Virus record (IMG/VR): IMGVR_UViG_3300022936_000192
Coordinates: 1 to 46,126 of that record
Origin: a virus
Lineage: Duplodnaviria > Caudoviricetes
Reading direction: 5' to 3' (one strand)
Length of the DNA stretch: 46,126 nucleotides
Positions 17,446 to 25,657 of the stretch are shown piece after piece; the stretch's first letter is position 1, and each line of letters opens with the position of its first letter. The translations under genes and the position numbers were made by a program. The notes below the pieces were generated by a model. That model searched no databases. It was not told the DNA's origin and saw nothing but the letters and a program-made list of their open reading frames with translations.

Positions 17446-17881
17446 TCACCAACTTCGCAATGAATCCGACCGCATGCGCCTGCTGGGCTTTATCCAGAAC
17501 ATCGACCTGGCCAAGCCCCGCAAGGTGTCGATCAGCGAAAGCCGGAACAAACGCAGCGACGCGCAAAACCGGCTGCTGTGGCAGTGGAACGGCCTGATCC
17601 AAACCCATCTACGCGAGTCGTTCGGCCAGCTGGCCAGCGCCGAGCAGTGGCATGAAATCTTTGTCGCCAAGCTGTGGCCCGCTGAGCTCCACCCGGTACA
17701 GCTGCCTGACGGCTCGACATTCCGCGTTGGCCGGGCCAAGACCAGCAAGTTCACCACCGTGCAGATGACGACCTATCTGGAGCTGCTGGACGCCTACTGC
17801 GCCGAGTACCTGCAACTTCTGCTGCCCCATCCAGACGATTTGATGATGGCGATTTACGGCGAGCGGAGGAAGGCCGCATGA
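17438..17881 (+). CDS. NinB/YbcN-family recombination protein
   Basis: KRSDAQNRLLW...TSKFTTVQMTTYLE motif. Confidence 0.8.
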   Translation: MADHQLRNESDRMRLLGFIQNIDLAKPRKVSISESRNKRSDAQNRLLWQWNGLIQTHLRESFGQLASAEQWHEIFVAKLWPAELHPVQLPDGSTFRVGRAKTSKFTTVQMTTYLELLDAYCAEYLQLLLPHPDDLMMAIYGERRKAA

Positions 17882-17975
17882 AGACCCTAATCAGGATCAC
17901 CACCCGCATCACCACCTTCATGGCAAAAGCCTATGAGCGTCCAGAGCTGTGCATTGAGTTTCAGGGAGGCTGGGT

Positions 17976-18152
17976 ATGACTGATTCACCGAAAGGAAAAC
18001 CCTGCCCAGATTGCGGCGAACCCATGGTCAGCATGCCAAGCCTCAACCTTCGCCAGTGCGCCACAGGCTGCAAGGAGAAGTTCGACTGGAAGCTGGACGA
18101 GGGGCAGAAGTCGCTGCTCGGCAACTCGCGGGATAAGGGGCTTCAGTCATGA
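17976..18152 (+). CDS. 58-aa Zn-ribbon hypothetical protein
   Basis: Read manually: MTDSPKGKPCPDCGEPM...CATGC; GGAGG RBS. Confidence 0.65.
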   Translation: MTDSPKGKPCPDCGEPMVSMPSLNLRQCATGCKEKFDWKLDEGQKSLLGNSRDKGLQS

Positions 18153-18349
18153 ACGGCTACAGGATGAAGTACGTACCCGGCACGGCCAATTCCCTGCACG
18201 TCTACCGCCCAGGCGAGAGCGCTCCGGCGTTCATGGTTTCGTCCGAAGCCGAAGCCAATCGACTGATCAAGGTTGATCGTGCCCATCCAGAGCCCCTGAA
18301 CCGCTGTGTGGGTTGCGTAGAGGGGGAATGCCCATGCTTGCCAGTGTGA
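18149..18349 (+). CDS. Hypothetical protein
   Basis: ATGA coupling; C-terminal Cys cluster. Confidence 0.55.
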   Translation: MNGYRMKYVPGTANSLHVYRPGESAPAFMVSSEAEANRLIKVDRAHPEPLNRCVGCVEGECPCLPV

Positions 18350-18930
18350 AGGAGAAGAAGGGCCGCAAGTGCGCTCACTGCTTGTCTGAGTTCAGGCCGA
18401 CGTTCAACACCACGCAGAAGGTTTGCAGCCCTGCTTGCGCCCTTGCAATGGCTCCTGTGCATCAGGCCAAGGCTCGCAAAGCCCTGGCGGAAATCGAGCG
18501 CCGGGAGATCAAGGTTCGCAAGGAGAAGCTGAAGTCACGTAGCGACCACATGAAGGACGCCCAGCAGGCCTTCAACGAGTTCATCCGGTGGCGCGATCAA
18601 GTGGCGGGACATGCTTGTATCTCCAGCGGCCGGCCGTTGGATTGGAGCGGCAACCAGACAGATGCTGGCCACTATCGCAGTGTCGGCTCGGCGCCGCATC
18701 TCCGATTCGATGAGCGCAACTGCCACGCACAAAGCAAGCAGGACAACCGGTTTCTGTCTGGCAACGCCGTGGATTACCGGATTGGCCTCATTGCCAGGAT
18801 CGGGCTGGCTGCCGTGGAAGCGCTGGAGGCTGACCAGTCGGTTAAGAAATACACGATCGATGAGCTCAAGGCGCTTACCGCGCACTACCGGGCACTGACC
18901 AGAGAATTGAAACGGGGAGAGGCGGCATGA
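18334..18930 (+). CDS. ninG: NinG (Rap) Holliday-junction endonuclease
   Basis: AQQAFNEFIRWRD..CISSG..DAGHYRSVGSAPHLRFDERNCHAQ. Confidence 0.92.
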   Translation: MLASVKEKKGRKCAHCLSEFRPTFNTTQKVCSPACALAMAPVHQAKARKALAEIERREIKVRKEKLKSRSDHMKDAQQAFNEFIRWRDQVAGHACISSGRPLDWSGNQTDAGHYRSVGSAPHLRFDERNCHAQSKQDNRFLSGNAVDYRIGLIARIGLAAVEALEADQSVKKYTIDELKALTAHYRALTRELKRGEAA

Positions 18931-19169
18931 CCATGATGATTGCGGAAACCGCTTTCAGCGATGCCGCCAAGGCTCAGCTACTGGAGATCGAGCGCCTGCT
19001 AATGGAGCGCATGGAGGCTGCGCGGGAAGAGCCGAAGGCTGTAATCAGGGAATACCTGGACCACCTCGCAAAGATCCTTGTCAGTGAACTGATCGTAAAG
19101 GCGCTGATTGCCGGTATCGAGAAGAGTAAACCGCCGTTCTGGGCAAAGAAGTGGAGGGGGCAACGATGA
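18927..19169 (+). CDS. Hypothetical protein
   Basis: Coupled to both neighbours. Confidence 0.6.
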   Translation: MTMMIAETAFSDAAKAQLLEIERLLMERMEAAREEPKAVIREYLDHLAKILVSELIVKALIAGIEKSKPPFWAKKWRGQR

Positions 19170-19510
19170 CCGACCAAATCAAGATGGCTCCATGCCCGTT
19201 CTGCGAGGGGCCGCCATGCACCGATGCTCGGGACTTTGTGACAGGTGTGCAGGTGGCGCTGGATCGTCCGCAGACCGAGGGTTTCGACGAGGCTTACGTG
19301 GCGCATGTCTGGTGCCACGACTGCGGGGCGCAGGGGCCGAGCATGGATTCGTGTTCGCTCAGCACCTTTGAGCACATCCATGACCTGACCGTCGCCGAAG
19401 TGATGCGTATCGCCGTAGAGCGCTGGAATGACCGTAACGCCAAGGCCCGCAACTGCTACGACGCCGGCGAAGCTGAAGGCCTGAACATGTTCCCGAGGAG
19501 TGCAGCATGA
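19166..19510 (+). CDS. Lar-like (restriction alleviation family) Zn-ribbon protein
   Basis: PCPFCEG...VWCHDCGAQGP...AVERWNDR. Confidence 0.7.
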   Translation: MTDQIKMAPCPFCEGPPCTDARDFVTGVQVALDRPQTEGFDEAYVAHVWCHDCGAQGPSMDSCSLSTFEHIHDLTVAEVMRIAVERWNDRNAKARNCYDAGEAEGLNMFPRSAA

Positions 19511-20055
19511 CTTATCGCAATGTGGTTGCAGCAGTAGTCCGGGCCCTGGCCGCCGAGACGATCAATTCAGCCGGCGGGTGTGACTTCGAACCAAAGGTGC
19601 AGTGCGCCAAGCAGAAGGGCGAGATCGTCGGGAAGGAAGCGGCTTTTCTTCAGGATTGCTGGGTGAACAGCCGTTTACGCAAAAGCCTTTCGAATGCTCA
19701 CTGGCTTGCGCTGATCGCTCAATACTCGACTCACGCCGAGCGTAAGCATGAGGCGATCATCGTCATCGCCAAGGCCATTAAGTCACCAGCGCCGGAGCGC
19801 TTCCGTCATGCGGCAGTGGTTACATGGGCGCTACCAAAGCTCCCCGGCGTCGAGGGTAAGCGCTCAACCAATGTTCTGCCGTCTGCCTGGTACTGCATGG
19901 ACAATTGGCTGGACGAGCCAACAGCGGAGCGTACCCAGTACCGGTGGAAGGCTGGGATCTGCAAGGAGCTGAAAGGACTGGTGGATTCGGCGCTATCAGA
20001 GGCTCAAACCATCCTTGATTCGGAAGGTTTAATCGAGAGCAACATTGCCGCTTGA
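19507..20055 (+). CDS. Probable late-gene antiterminator (Q position)
   Basis: Last early gene, directly before a sigma70 promoter and terminator; C-terminal ERTQYRW HTH-like segment. Confidence 0.65.
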   Translation: MTYRNVVAAVVRALAAETINSAGGCDFEPKVQCAKQKGEIVGKEAAFLQDCWVNSRLRKSLSNAHWLALIAQYSTHAERKHEAIIVIAKAIKSPAPERFRHAAVVTWALPKLPGVEGKRSTNVLPSAWYCMDNWLDEPTAERTQYRWKAGICKELKGLVDSALSEAQTILDSEGLIESNIAA

Positions 20056-20081
20056 CGGATAGTGGCAGAGTGGCATAGATT
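20052..20081 (+). promoter_or_regulatory. Late promoter pR'
   Basis: TTGACG, 18-bp spacer containing AGTGGCA direct repeats, TAGATT. Confidence 0.7.
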
Positions 20082-20125
20082 ACTACCTATCTTGTCCTTC
20101 TTGCGTGTAAAGACTGACAACAAAC

Positions 20126-20151
20126 AACCCTGCCTTCGAGCGGGGTTTTTT
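20126..20151 (+). terminator. tR'-like intrinsic terminator
   Basis: AACCCTGC-cttcga-GCGGGGTT-TTTT shortly after pR'. Confidence 0.75.
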
Positions 20152-20290
20152 GCGTCCCCAGTTTCCCAAATCCCTCGGAACCTCTGCATGCAAGTTCAGC
20201 GAGGGCCTCATTCGGACCTGTTCATCAGCCCGCTCCAGGGTGAGTCCTTGGCCGCTCACACCGGCCTTTTTTATTTAAGTGGATTGCCCT

Positions 20291-20608
20291 ATGACAGATG
20301 TCTCCCGTATTGCCGACGGAACGATGTTCAAAATCGTCGTGCCCGTTCTGCAAACGATCCTGTCTGCTGGGGCGATTGGCGCTTTCGTGTATGTGGTCGG
20401 CTCGCTCAGTGCATTGCAGAATCAGCTCGCGGTCTACCAGACCAGTTCAGCTCTGATGGCTCAGCGTGTCGACTCCCTGGAGCGCTCGCGGGATACCATG
20501 GACAAGTTCATCGACGGCCTGCGGTCCACGGTGCAGCGGCATGACTATCTGATCTTGAGTAACGGCGACGCCATCAAGGGCCTGACGCTCCAAGGGCGGC
20601 CCAAGTGA
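20291..20608 (+). CDS. Membrane-anchored coiled-coil protein (candidate i-spanin or holin-associated)
   Basis: N-terminal TM, then heptad repeats; first late gene. Confidence 0.55.
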   Translation: MTDVSRIADGTMFKIVVPVLQTILSAGAIGAFVYVVGSLSALQNQLAVYQTSSALMAQRVDSLERSRDTMDKFIDGLRSTVQRHDYLILSNGDAIKGLTLQGRPK

Positions 20609-20838
20609 AGCGCCTGCTGATCGCTCTGTTGCTCGCCGGGTGCGCGCAACAGGAAAGGCCAGCAGAGCCAGCTCAGGCAACCCGCACAACCGTCTACCGC
20701 TACACCAGCCAGTCATGCGAAACCCCGGACGTGAGCGGACTCAAGGCAATGACCAAGAGCCGCAACGACTGGAAGCGCTACGCCGAAAAGCTCGAAAAAC
20801 TCCTACCTGCGAAATCCGTCCATGAATCTCATCCCTGA
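20605..20838 (+). CDS. Lipoprotein (candidate o-spanin)
   Basis: MKRLLIALLLAG-C lipobox, Pro-containing linker, second Cys (QSCETP). Confidence 0.6.
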   Translation: MKRLLIALLLAGCAQQERPAEPAQATRTTVYRYTSQSCETPDVSGLKAMTKSRNDWKRYAEKLEKLLPAKSVHESHP

Positions 20839-21034
20839 ATGGCGTAAGGCCTGGCGCCTTACAAGCGTCCAACTGGCTGCACTTGGCGCTGCGCTCAATG
20901 CTGCAGCGGTGGGATGGTCATTGTTTCAGGGTGCGGTCGATCCTCTGGTGTTCGCCAGCGTCAACATGGTGCTGAGTGTCGCCGTAGCGGTCTCCCGCGT
21001 GGTTAAGCAGCCCGAACTTCAGAAGCCGGAATAA
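20822..21034 (+). CDS. Putative holin (2 TM)
   Basis: MNLIPEWRKAWRLTSVQL..SRVVKQP; two hydrophobic helices. Confidence 0.7.
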   Translation: MNLIPEWRKAWRLTSVQLAALGAALNAAAVGWSLFQGAVDPLVFASVNMVLSVAVAVSRVVKQPELQKPE

Positions 21035-21036
21035 TC

Positions 21037-21072
21037 CGCGCCACGATTTCAGATGCGCCGTTTCGTGGCGCG
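21037..21072. repeat. Inverted repeat CGCGCCACG-N18-CGTGGCGCG (copy 2)
   Basis: Same arms and spacer length as the copy at 13456. Confidence 0.85.
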
Positions 21073-21082
21073 AGGTGATTGC

Positions 21083-21685
21083 ATGAAAGTTTCCGTAAGG
21101 CTCGAAGGCTTCACTGCCGAGCAAGACCAGACAGTAAGAACGGCAATCGCTGGAGTGCTTGATGGCTTGTTTCCTGAATACTCCAAGACATTCGAAGGTG
21201 TGGATCAGGGCAAGGAGTATTGGCAGAGCCAGTTGAATAGCGGCTCAGTCGCCGTTGAAGCGCTGCAAGGCTGCGTCACAGGTTACGCCATCAATCCACT
21301 TGAATCGGCTATCGACCAAGTGGTGCGCCTGCTGCGCGAAGAGCGCGAAAGTGAGGCGGGCCAGAAAGGCATCAAGACGGTTGCATGTCAGCGCCTTGAG
21401 TCGCACCTGAACGACTTGCTGGCATTGCAGCTACGAACGCTGAAGGATGATGCAGGGCTCGGCGGGTCGGATGCTCCTAAATTCGAGGCGAGCTTTCGTG
21501 GTGACTCAGGCCCAGAGCTTGAGATGACTGGACCTTCACGCGTGTTTGCGCCAGGTAAAGCAGCAATCGAAGTCCGGCAATACATGGATGAAGTGATTCT
21601 GAGCCTGAAGAGCATCAACGCCGCAGCCGAAGCCGCCGCGAATGCTGCTCGGGCTCAGGAAGCATCTAGTGTTCGGATCGCATAG
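21083..21685 (+). CDS. Hypothetical protein
   Basis: GAGG RBS before ATG 21083; fills the gap in the late operon. Confidence 0.65.
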   Translation: MKVSVRLEGFTAEQDQTVRTAIAGVLDGLFPEYSKTFEGVDQGKEYWQSQLNSGSVAVEALQGCVTGYAINPLESAIDQVVRLLREERESEAGQKGIKTVACQRLESHLNDLLALQLRTLKDDAGLGGSDAPKFEASFRGDSGPELEMTGPSRVFAPGKAAIEVRQYMDEVILSLKSINAAAEAAANAARAQEASSVRIA

Positions 21686-21687
21686 CC

Positions 21688-21822
21688 ATGCTGAAACGAA
21701 ATTGGTACGTGACCACCCCCGGCTACAAACCCTTCCCCATGATCCTGCTCAGTCAGGCGATGGACCATGTATCGGCACTGGCGTTTGCTCGCAGCATCTG
21801 GCCTTCCTGCACCATCACCTGA
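21688..21822 (+). CDS. 44-aa hypothetical protein (MLKRNWYVTTPGYKPFPM...)
   Basis: Read manually; fills the gap before the Ntn-hydrolase gene. Confidence 0.55.
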   Translation: MLKRNWYVTTPGYKPFPMILLSQAMDHVSALAFARSIWPSCTIT

Positions 21823-21834
21823 TCGAGACACCAT

Positions 21835-22272
21835 ATGACGACCATTGCCTACAAAGACGGCGTGATCGCCTATGACTCTCGCGCAACACGCGGCACGACC
21901 ATCACTGATGACGACTGCGAGAAGCTAGAGACGGTAAAAGGGGTCCACTTTCTGTGTACCGGCTGTACCTGCGACTTCGACGCGCTGATCGCTGCTTACT
22001 TCGGTACCCCTGCGTCGGCCCCGGTTGAAGCGTCAGGCTATGCGATAGATGGCCATACGCTCTGGCTGATAGGTAACGACGACAAGACTGGATTCTGGAA
22101 GAACAGGATCAGGCTGGATACGTGTGACGCCATTGGCTGTGGATCGGCATTCGCCCTAACCGCAATGGATATGGGTGCAACCGCTGTCGAATCCATTGAG
22201 ATGGCCAAGAAGCGTGATACGTGTACTGGCGGCCAAGTTCGGACGCTAAGCATCACCCAGGCAAAACCATAA
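21835..22272 (+). CDS. Proteasome-beta/HslV-like Ntn-hydrolase
   Basis: M-T-T-I start (N-terminal Thr), DGVIAYDSR, conserved Lys (CEKL), AIGCGS (GSG-equivalent), RDTCTGG. Confidence 0.78.
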   Translation: MTTIAYKDGVIAYDSRATRGTTITDDDCEKLETVKGVHFLCTGCTCDFDALIAAYFGTPASAPVEASGYAIDGHTLWLIGNDDKTGFWKNRIRLDTCDAIGCGSAFALTAMDMGATAVESIEMAKKRDTCTGGQVRTLSITQAKP

Positions 22273-22281
22273 GGATTCACC

Positions 22282-22797
22282 ATGACAACCAAGCAACCCG
22301 ACTGGGAGGCCATCGAACGCGCCTACCGGGCCGGGTCGCTTTCCTTGCGTGGCATCGCCGACAAGTTCGACACGAACGAAGGCACGATTCGCAGTAGAGC
22401 AAAGAAGCATGGATGGTTGAGAGACCTAAGTGTCCAGGTACGCACCGCAACGAACAGCAAGCTTTCACGCGAGGCTTCACGCACTGGCGTCACGCAGCGT
22501 GAAGATGCCGAGATAGTTGAGGAGGCTGCGACAGAGGCCGCTTCTGTTGTGCTGGCTCACCGTGTTGATTTGGCCCAATGGCGAACCATCGCGAACAAGC
22601 TCTGCACTGCGCTGAAAGACATCGAGGTCACCGAAGACAACATCGGCGACTTCTCCCGCTCCCTCAACGCCGGTGTTGACGCTCAGCTCAAGGTCATCAA
22701 GGGCGAGCGCCAGGCCTACAACCTCGACACTGAGGAAGGCGACAAGACAGTCAGCGACCTGGCTGCACTGATGGACGATCTATCGAAGGAAGCCTGA
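22282..22797 (+). CDS. terS: Terminase small subunit
   Basis: PDWEAIERAYRAG..SLRGIA..TIRSRAKKHGW HTH; directly before terL. Confidence 0.85.
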   Translation: MTTKQPDWEAIERAYRAGSLSLRGIADKFDTNEGTIRSRAKKHGWLRDLSVQVRTATNSKLSREASRTGVTQREDAEIVEEAATEAASVVLAHRVDLAQWRTIANKLCTALKDIEVTEDNIGDFSRSLNAGVDAQLKVIKGERQAYNLDTEEGDKTVSDLAALMDDLSKEA

Positions 22798-22798
22798 T

Positions 22799-24289
22799 AT
22801 GAAACCCGAGCACATGAAGCTGCTCAGGGATCGGTTCTGGCGCCTGAACAACCTTTACTTCATCACCGACAAGGCTGGGAAGAAAGTCCGCTTCCGCATG
22901 ACGCAGGAGCAGGCCGACTACTTCCAGGGGATGCACACGCGCAACATCATCCTAAAGGCTCGACAGCTTGGCTTCACGACGCTGGTTTGCATCATCCAGC
23001 TCGACGCCGCGCTGTTTGAGTCTGCCAAGTGCGCATTGATTGCTCACACCCTGAACGACGCCAAGCGCCTCTTTCGGGAAAAGATCAAGTTTGCCTATGA
23101 CTGCCTGCCTGACGAGATAAAGAAGGCCAACCCTGCCAGCAACGACGCGGCGGGGGAGTTGGTATTCAGCAAGGGCGGCTCGCTTTACGTTTCCACATCA
23201 TTCCGGGGCGGCACACTGCGCTATCTGCATGTGTCCGAGTTCGGGAAGATCTGTGCCAAGTTTCCTCACAAGGCCCGCGAGATTGTCACTGGTGCATTTG
23301 AGGCCGTGGCCGCTGACTGCTTCGTCACCATCGAATCGACGGCTGAGGGCAGGGCGGGTTACTTCTTCGACTACAGCCAGGGTGCCGAGAAGCAGCAGCT
23401 TGCCGGTGTGCCGCTTGGCCTGCTCGACTGGAAATTCTTCTTCTTCAGCTGGTGGCGGAATGCGCTGTACTGGCTCGACCCATCGACCGCAATCATCCCT
23501 GACCGGCTGACCGCTTACTTTGATGAGTTGGCCGCCAAGCACGGGATCGCTACGAACCCAGGCCAGCGCGCTTGGTACGCGGCCAAGGAAAAGACACTCG
23601 GCGACGACATGAAGCGGGAATACCCGTCGATACCGGCCGAGGCGTTCCAACAGTCCATCGAGGGTGCGTACTACGCGCGCCAATTCACAAAGCTCTATTC
23701 GGCTCAACGTATCGGCGCACTGCCGGACAATAGCCACCTTCCTGTTCACACGTTCTGGGACATCGGCGTCGGCGACTCCACTGCGATCTGGTTCGTCCGG
23801 ATCGTGGGTGAGGAATACCACGTCATCGACTTCTACCAGAACAGCGGGGAGGGGCTTCGGCACTACATGAAGGTGCTGAAAGACCGGAAGTACACCTATG
23901 GCGAGCACTGGGGCCCACACGATATCGATAACCGCGAATTCGGTAGCGACGGCAAGACTCGGCGTGAAATTGCCAGAGAGGGCTACGAGATCGACGGAGA
24001 GAAATACAGTCTTAAATTCAGCGTAGTCCCCAAGATTGGTATCGACGAAGGCATAGAGCAGGTCCGGGAAATCCTTTCGCATTGCGCGTTTGACGAGGCG
24101 AAGTGCGAACTAGGCATCTCATGCTTGGAGAATTATCGGAAAGAATGGGACGACAAGCGCGGCTGCTGGAAAGACAAACCACTTCATGACTGGTCATCAC
24201 ACGGATCGGATGCGTTCCGGTACTTCGCTGTGTCGATGAGCAGGCGAAAACGTACAGGCGGTGTCCGCCGCATCGGAGGATTAGCCTAA
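22799..24289 (+). CDS. terL: Terminase large subunit
   Basis: LKARQLGFTT Walker A, LHVSEFG Walker B, ESTAEG coupling motif, WDIG and HGSDAFRY nuclease motifs. Confidence 0.95.
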   Translation: MKPEHMKLLRDRFWRLNNLYFITDKAGKKVRFRMTQEQADYFQGMHTRNIILKARQLGFTTLVCIIQLDAALFESAKCALIAHTLNDAKRLFREKIKFAYDCLPDEIKKANPASNDAAGELVFSKGGSLYVSTSFRGGTLRYLHVSEFGKICAKFPHKAREIVTGAFEAVAADCFVTIESTAEGRAGYFFDYSQGAEKQQLAGVPLGLLDWKFFFFSWWRNALYWLDPSTAIIPDRLTAYFDELAAKHGIATNPGQRAWYAAKEKTLGDDMKREYPSIPAEAFQQSIEGAYYARQFTKLYSAQRIGALPDNSHLPVHTFWDIGVGDSTAIWFVRIVGEEYHVIDFYQNSGEGLRHYMKVLKDRKYTYGEHWGPHDIDNREFGSDGKTRREIAREGYEIDGEKYSLKFSVVPKIGIDEGIEQVREILSHCAFDEAKCELGISCLENYRKEWDDKRGCWKDKPLHDWSSHGSDAFRYFAVSMSRRKRTGGVRRIGGLA

Positions 24290-25657
24290 ATGCCTGTTCA
24301 ATCAACAAACCCCGACTTCGACGCACACATTGCCGAATGGCAGATGATGGATGACGCGCTCGAAGGTGAAGGCGCTATCAAGCGCAGCGCGGTGAATCTG
24401 CCAAAGCCAAGCGGCATGGTTGAGGCTGAAAAGCTCGACGCCACCGGCAACAAGTACCTCTATCAGAACTACACCGACCGGGCGCAGTACGAGCACTGGG
24501 TTCGCGATGCGCTGCGCTCGATGATGGGCCTAGTGTCTCGCTTGACTCCGGAAATCAAACTGCCATCTGGCATGAGGGGGCTTGAAGATAACGCCACGTC
24601 TGACGGCTTCGGCCTGAAGCAGCTCTTCCTTCGTATGGTGCGCCAGGCTATCTCGCACGGTCGCGTCCCAATGGTTGTTAACATCGACGAGACGGGCGAG
24701 CCATACTTCTCCACCTACGCCACTCGCAACGCGATCAACTGGAAGGTTGGGGCTATGGGCGGACGTCAAGACTTGATCCTGGCTGTGTTCATCGAGTTCA
24801 GAGACGACAAGCAGGACGAGTTCGATCACGACTGCAAGATGGTCTATCGCGTCTTCAAGATGGTTAACGGCGTTTGCCATAGCGAGGTTCTGGCCGAGGA
24901 TGGTTCGGTGCTGGAGGGGTTGAAGCCGCTCGGCACCACCGGTTCCGACAACCGACTGGTCAAGGGTTTGCCTTATCTGCCGGTGATCTACTGCGGCTCG
25001 ACTGATAACTCGCCAGAGGTCGACGAGGTTCCGCTGCTGACCATGGCGCGCGCGGCCTTGAAGTCCTACCAACTCAGTGCTGACTACTTCACAGCATTGC
25101 ACCAGACCAGCCACCCGCAGCCGTGGGTTTCTGGCTTGGATGAGGCTGTCGAGCTCAGCGTTACCGGCCCATCGGCTGCGTGGGACCTGGGTCCGAATGG
25201 GCAATGTGGCTATCTGGAGTTCCAGGGCGCAGGCGTTGAAGCCGTGCGCACCGCCATGGAAGACCAGAAGAACGCTGCTCTTGAGGCTGGTGCCAAGGTA
25301 ATGGATGTGTCCGGCACAGAGTCGGGCGAGGCGCGAAAAACCCGCCAAAACGACCAGCATGCGACCTTGCACAGCATTGTCATGGCCGCCGCTGAGGCGC
25401 TGGAGCAGGGCATTCGCTACGCCGCCGAATGGAAGGGGTTTGACCCTAATCAGGTAGTGTTCACGGTCAAACCCGAGTTCATCGTTCCGGGTGTTGATGC
25501 CCAGGTGGCCACGCAGCTGCTCCAGGCGGCACTGGCTGGCGTCATCTCACACGAAAGCTACTGGCTGTACCTCACAACCGGGAAATTGCCAGAGCGGGTT
25601 TACGCTGATGAGCAGGCCCGCATTGATAATCCAGACCCTGAGGATGCTGTGGCATGA
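24290..25657 (+). CDS. Portal protein (DUF4055-like)
   Basis: Size and position after terL; YTDRA, ESGEARK motifs. Confidence 0.85.
   Translation: MPVQSTNPDFDAHIAEWQMMDDALEGEGAIKRSAVNLPKPSGMVEAEKLDATGNKYLYQNYTDRAQYEHWVRDALRSMMGLVSRLTPEIKLPSGMRGLEDNATSDGFGLKQLFLRMVRQAISHGRVPMVVNIDETGEPYFSTYATRNAINWKVGAMGGRQDLILAVFIEFRDDKQDEFDHDCKMVYRVFKMVNGVCHSEVLAEDGSVLEGLKPLGTTGSDNRLVKGLPYLPVIYCGSTDNSPEVDEVPLLTMARAALKSYQLSADYFTALHQTSHPQPWVSGLDEAVELSVTGPSAAWDLGPNGQCGYLEFQGAGVEAVRTAMEDQKNAALEAGAKVMDVSGTESGEARKTRQNDQHATLHSIVMAAAEALEQGIRYAAEWKGFDPNQVVFTVKPEFIVPGVDAQVATQLLQAALAGVISHESYWLYLTTGKLPERVYADEQARIDNPDPEDAVA

Noticed and set aside
20150-20290. tRNA genes after pR' (common in lambdoid phages)
   Set aside because: No cloverleaf with T-loop GTTCGA/CCA pattern could be identified.
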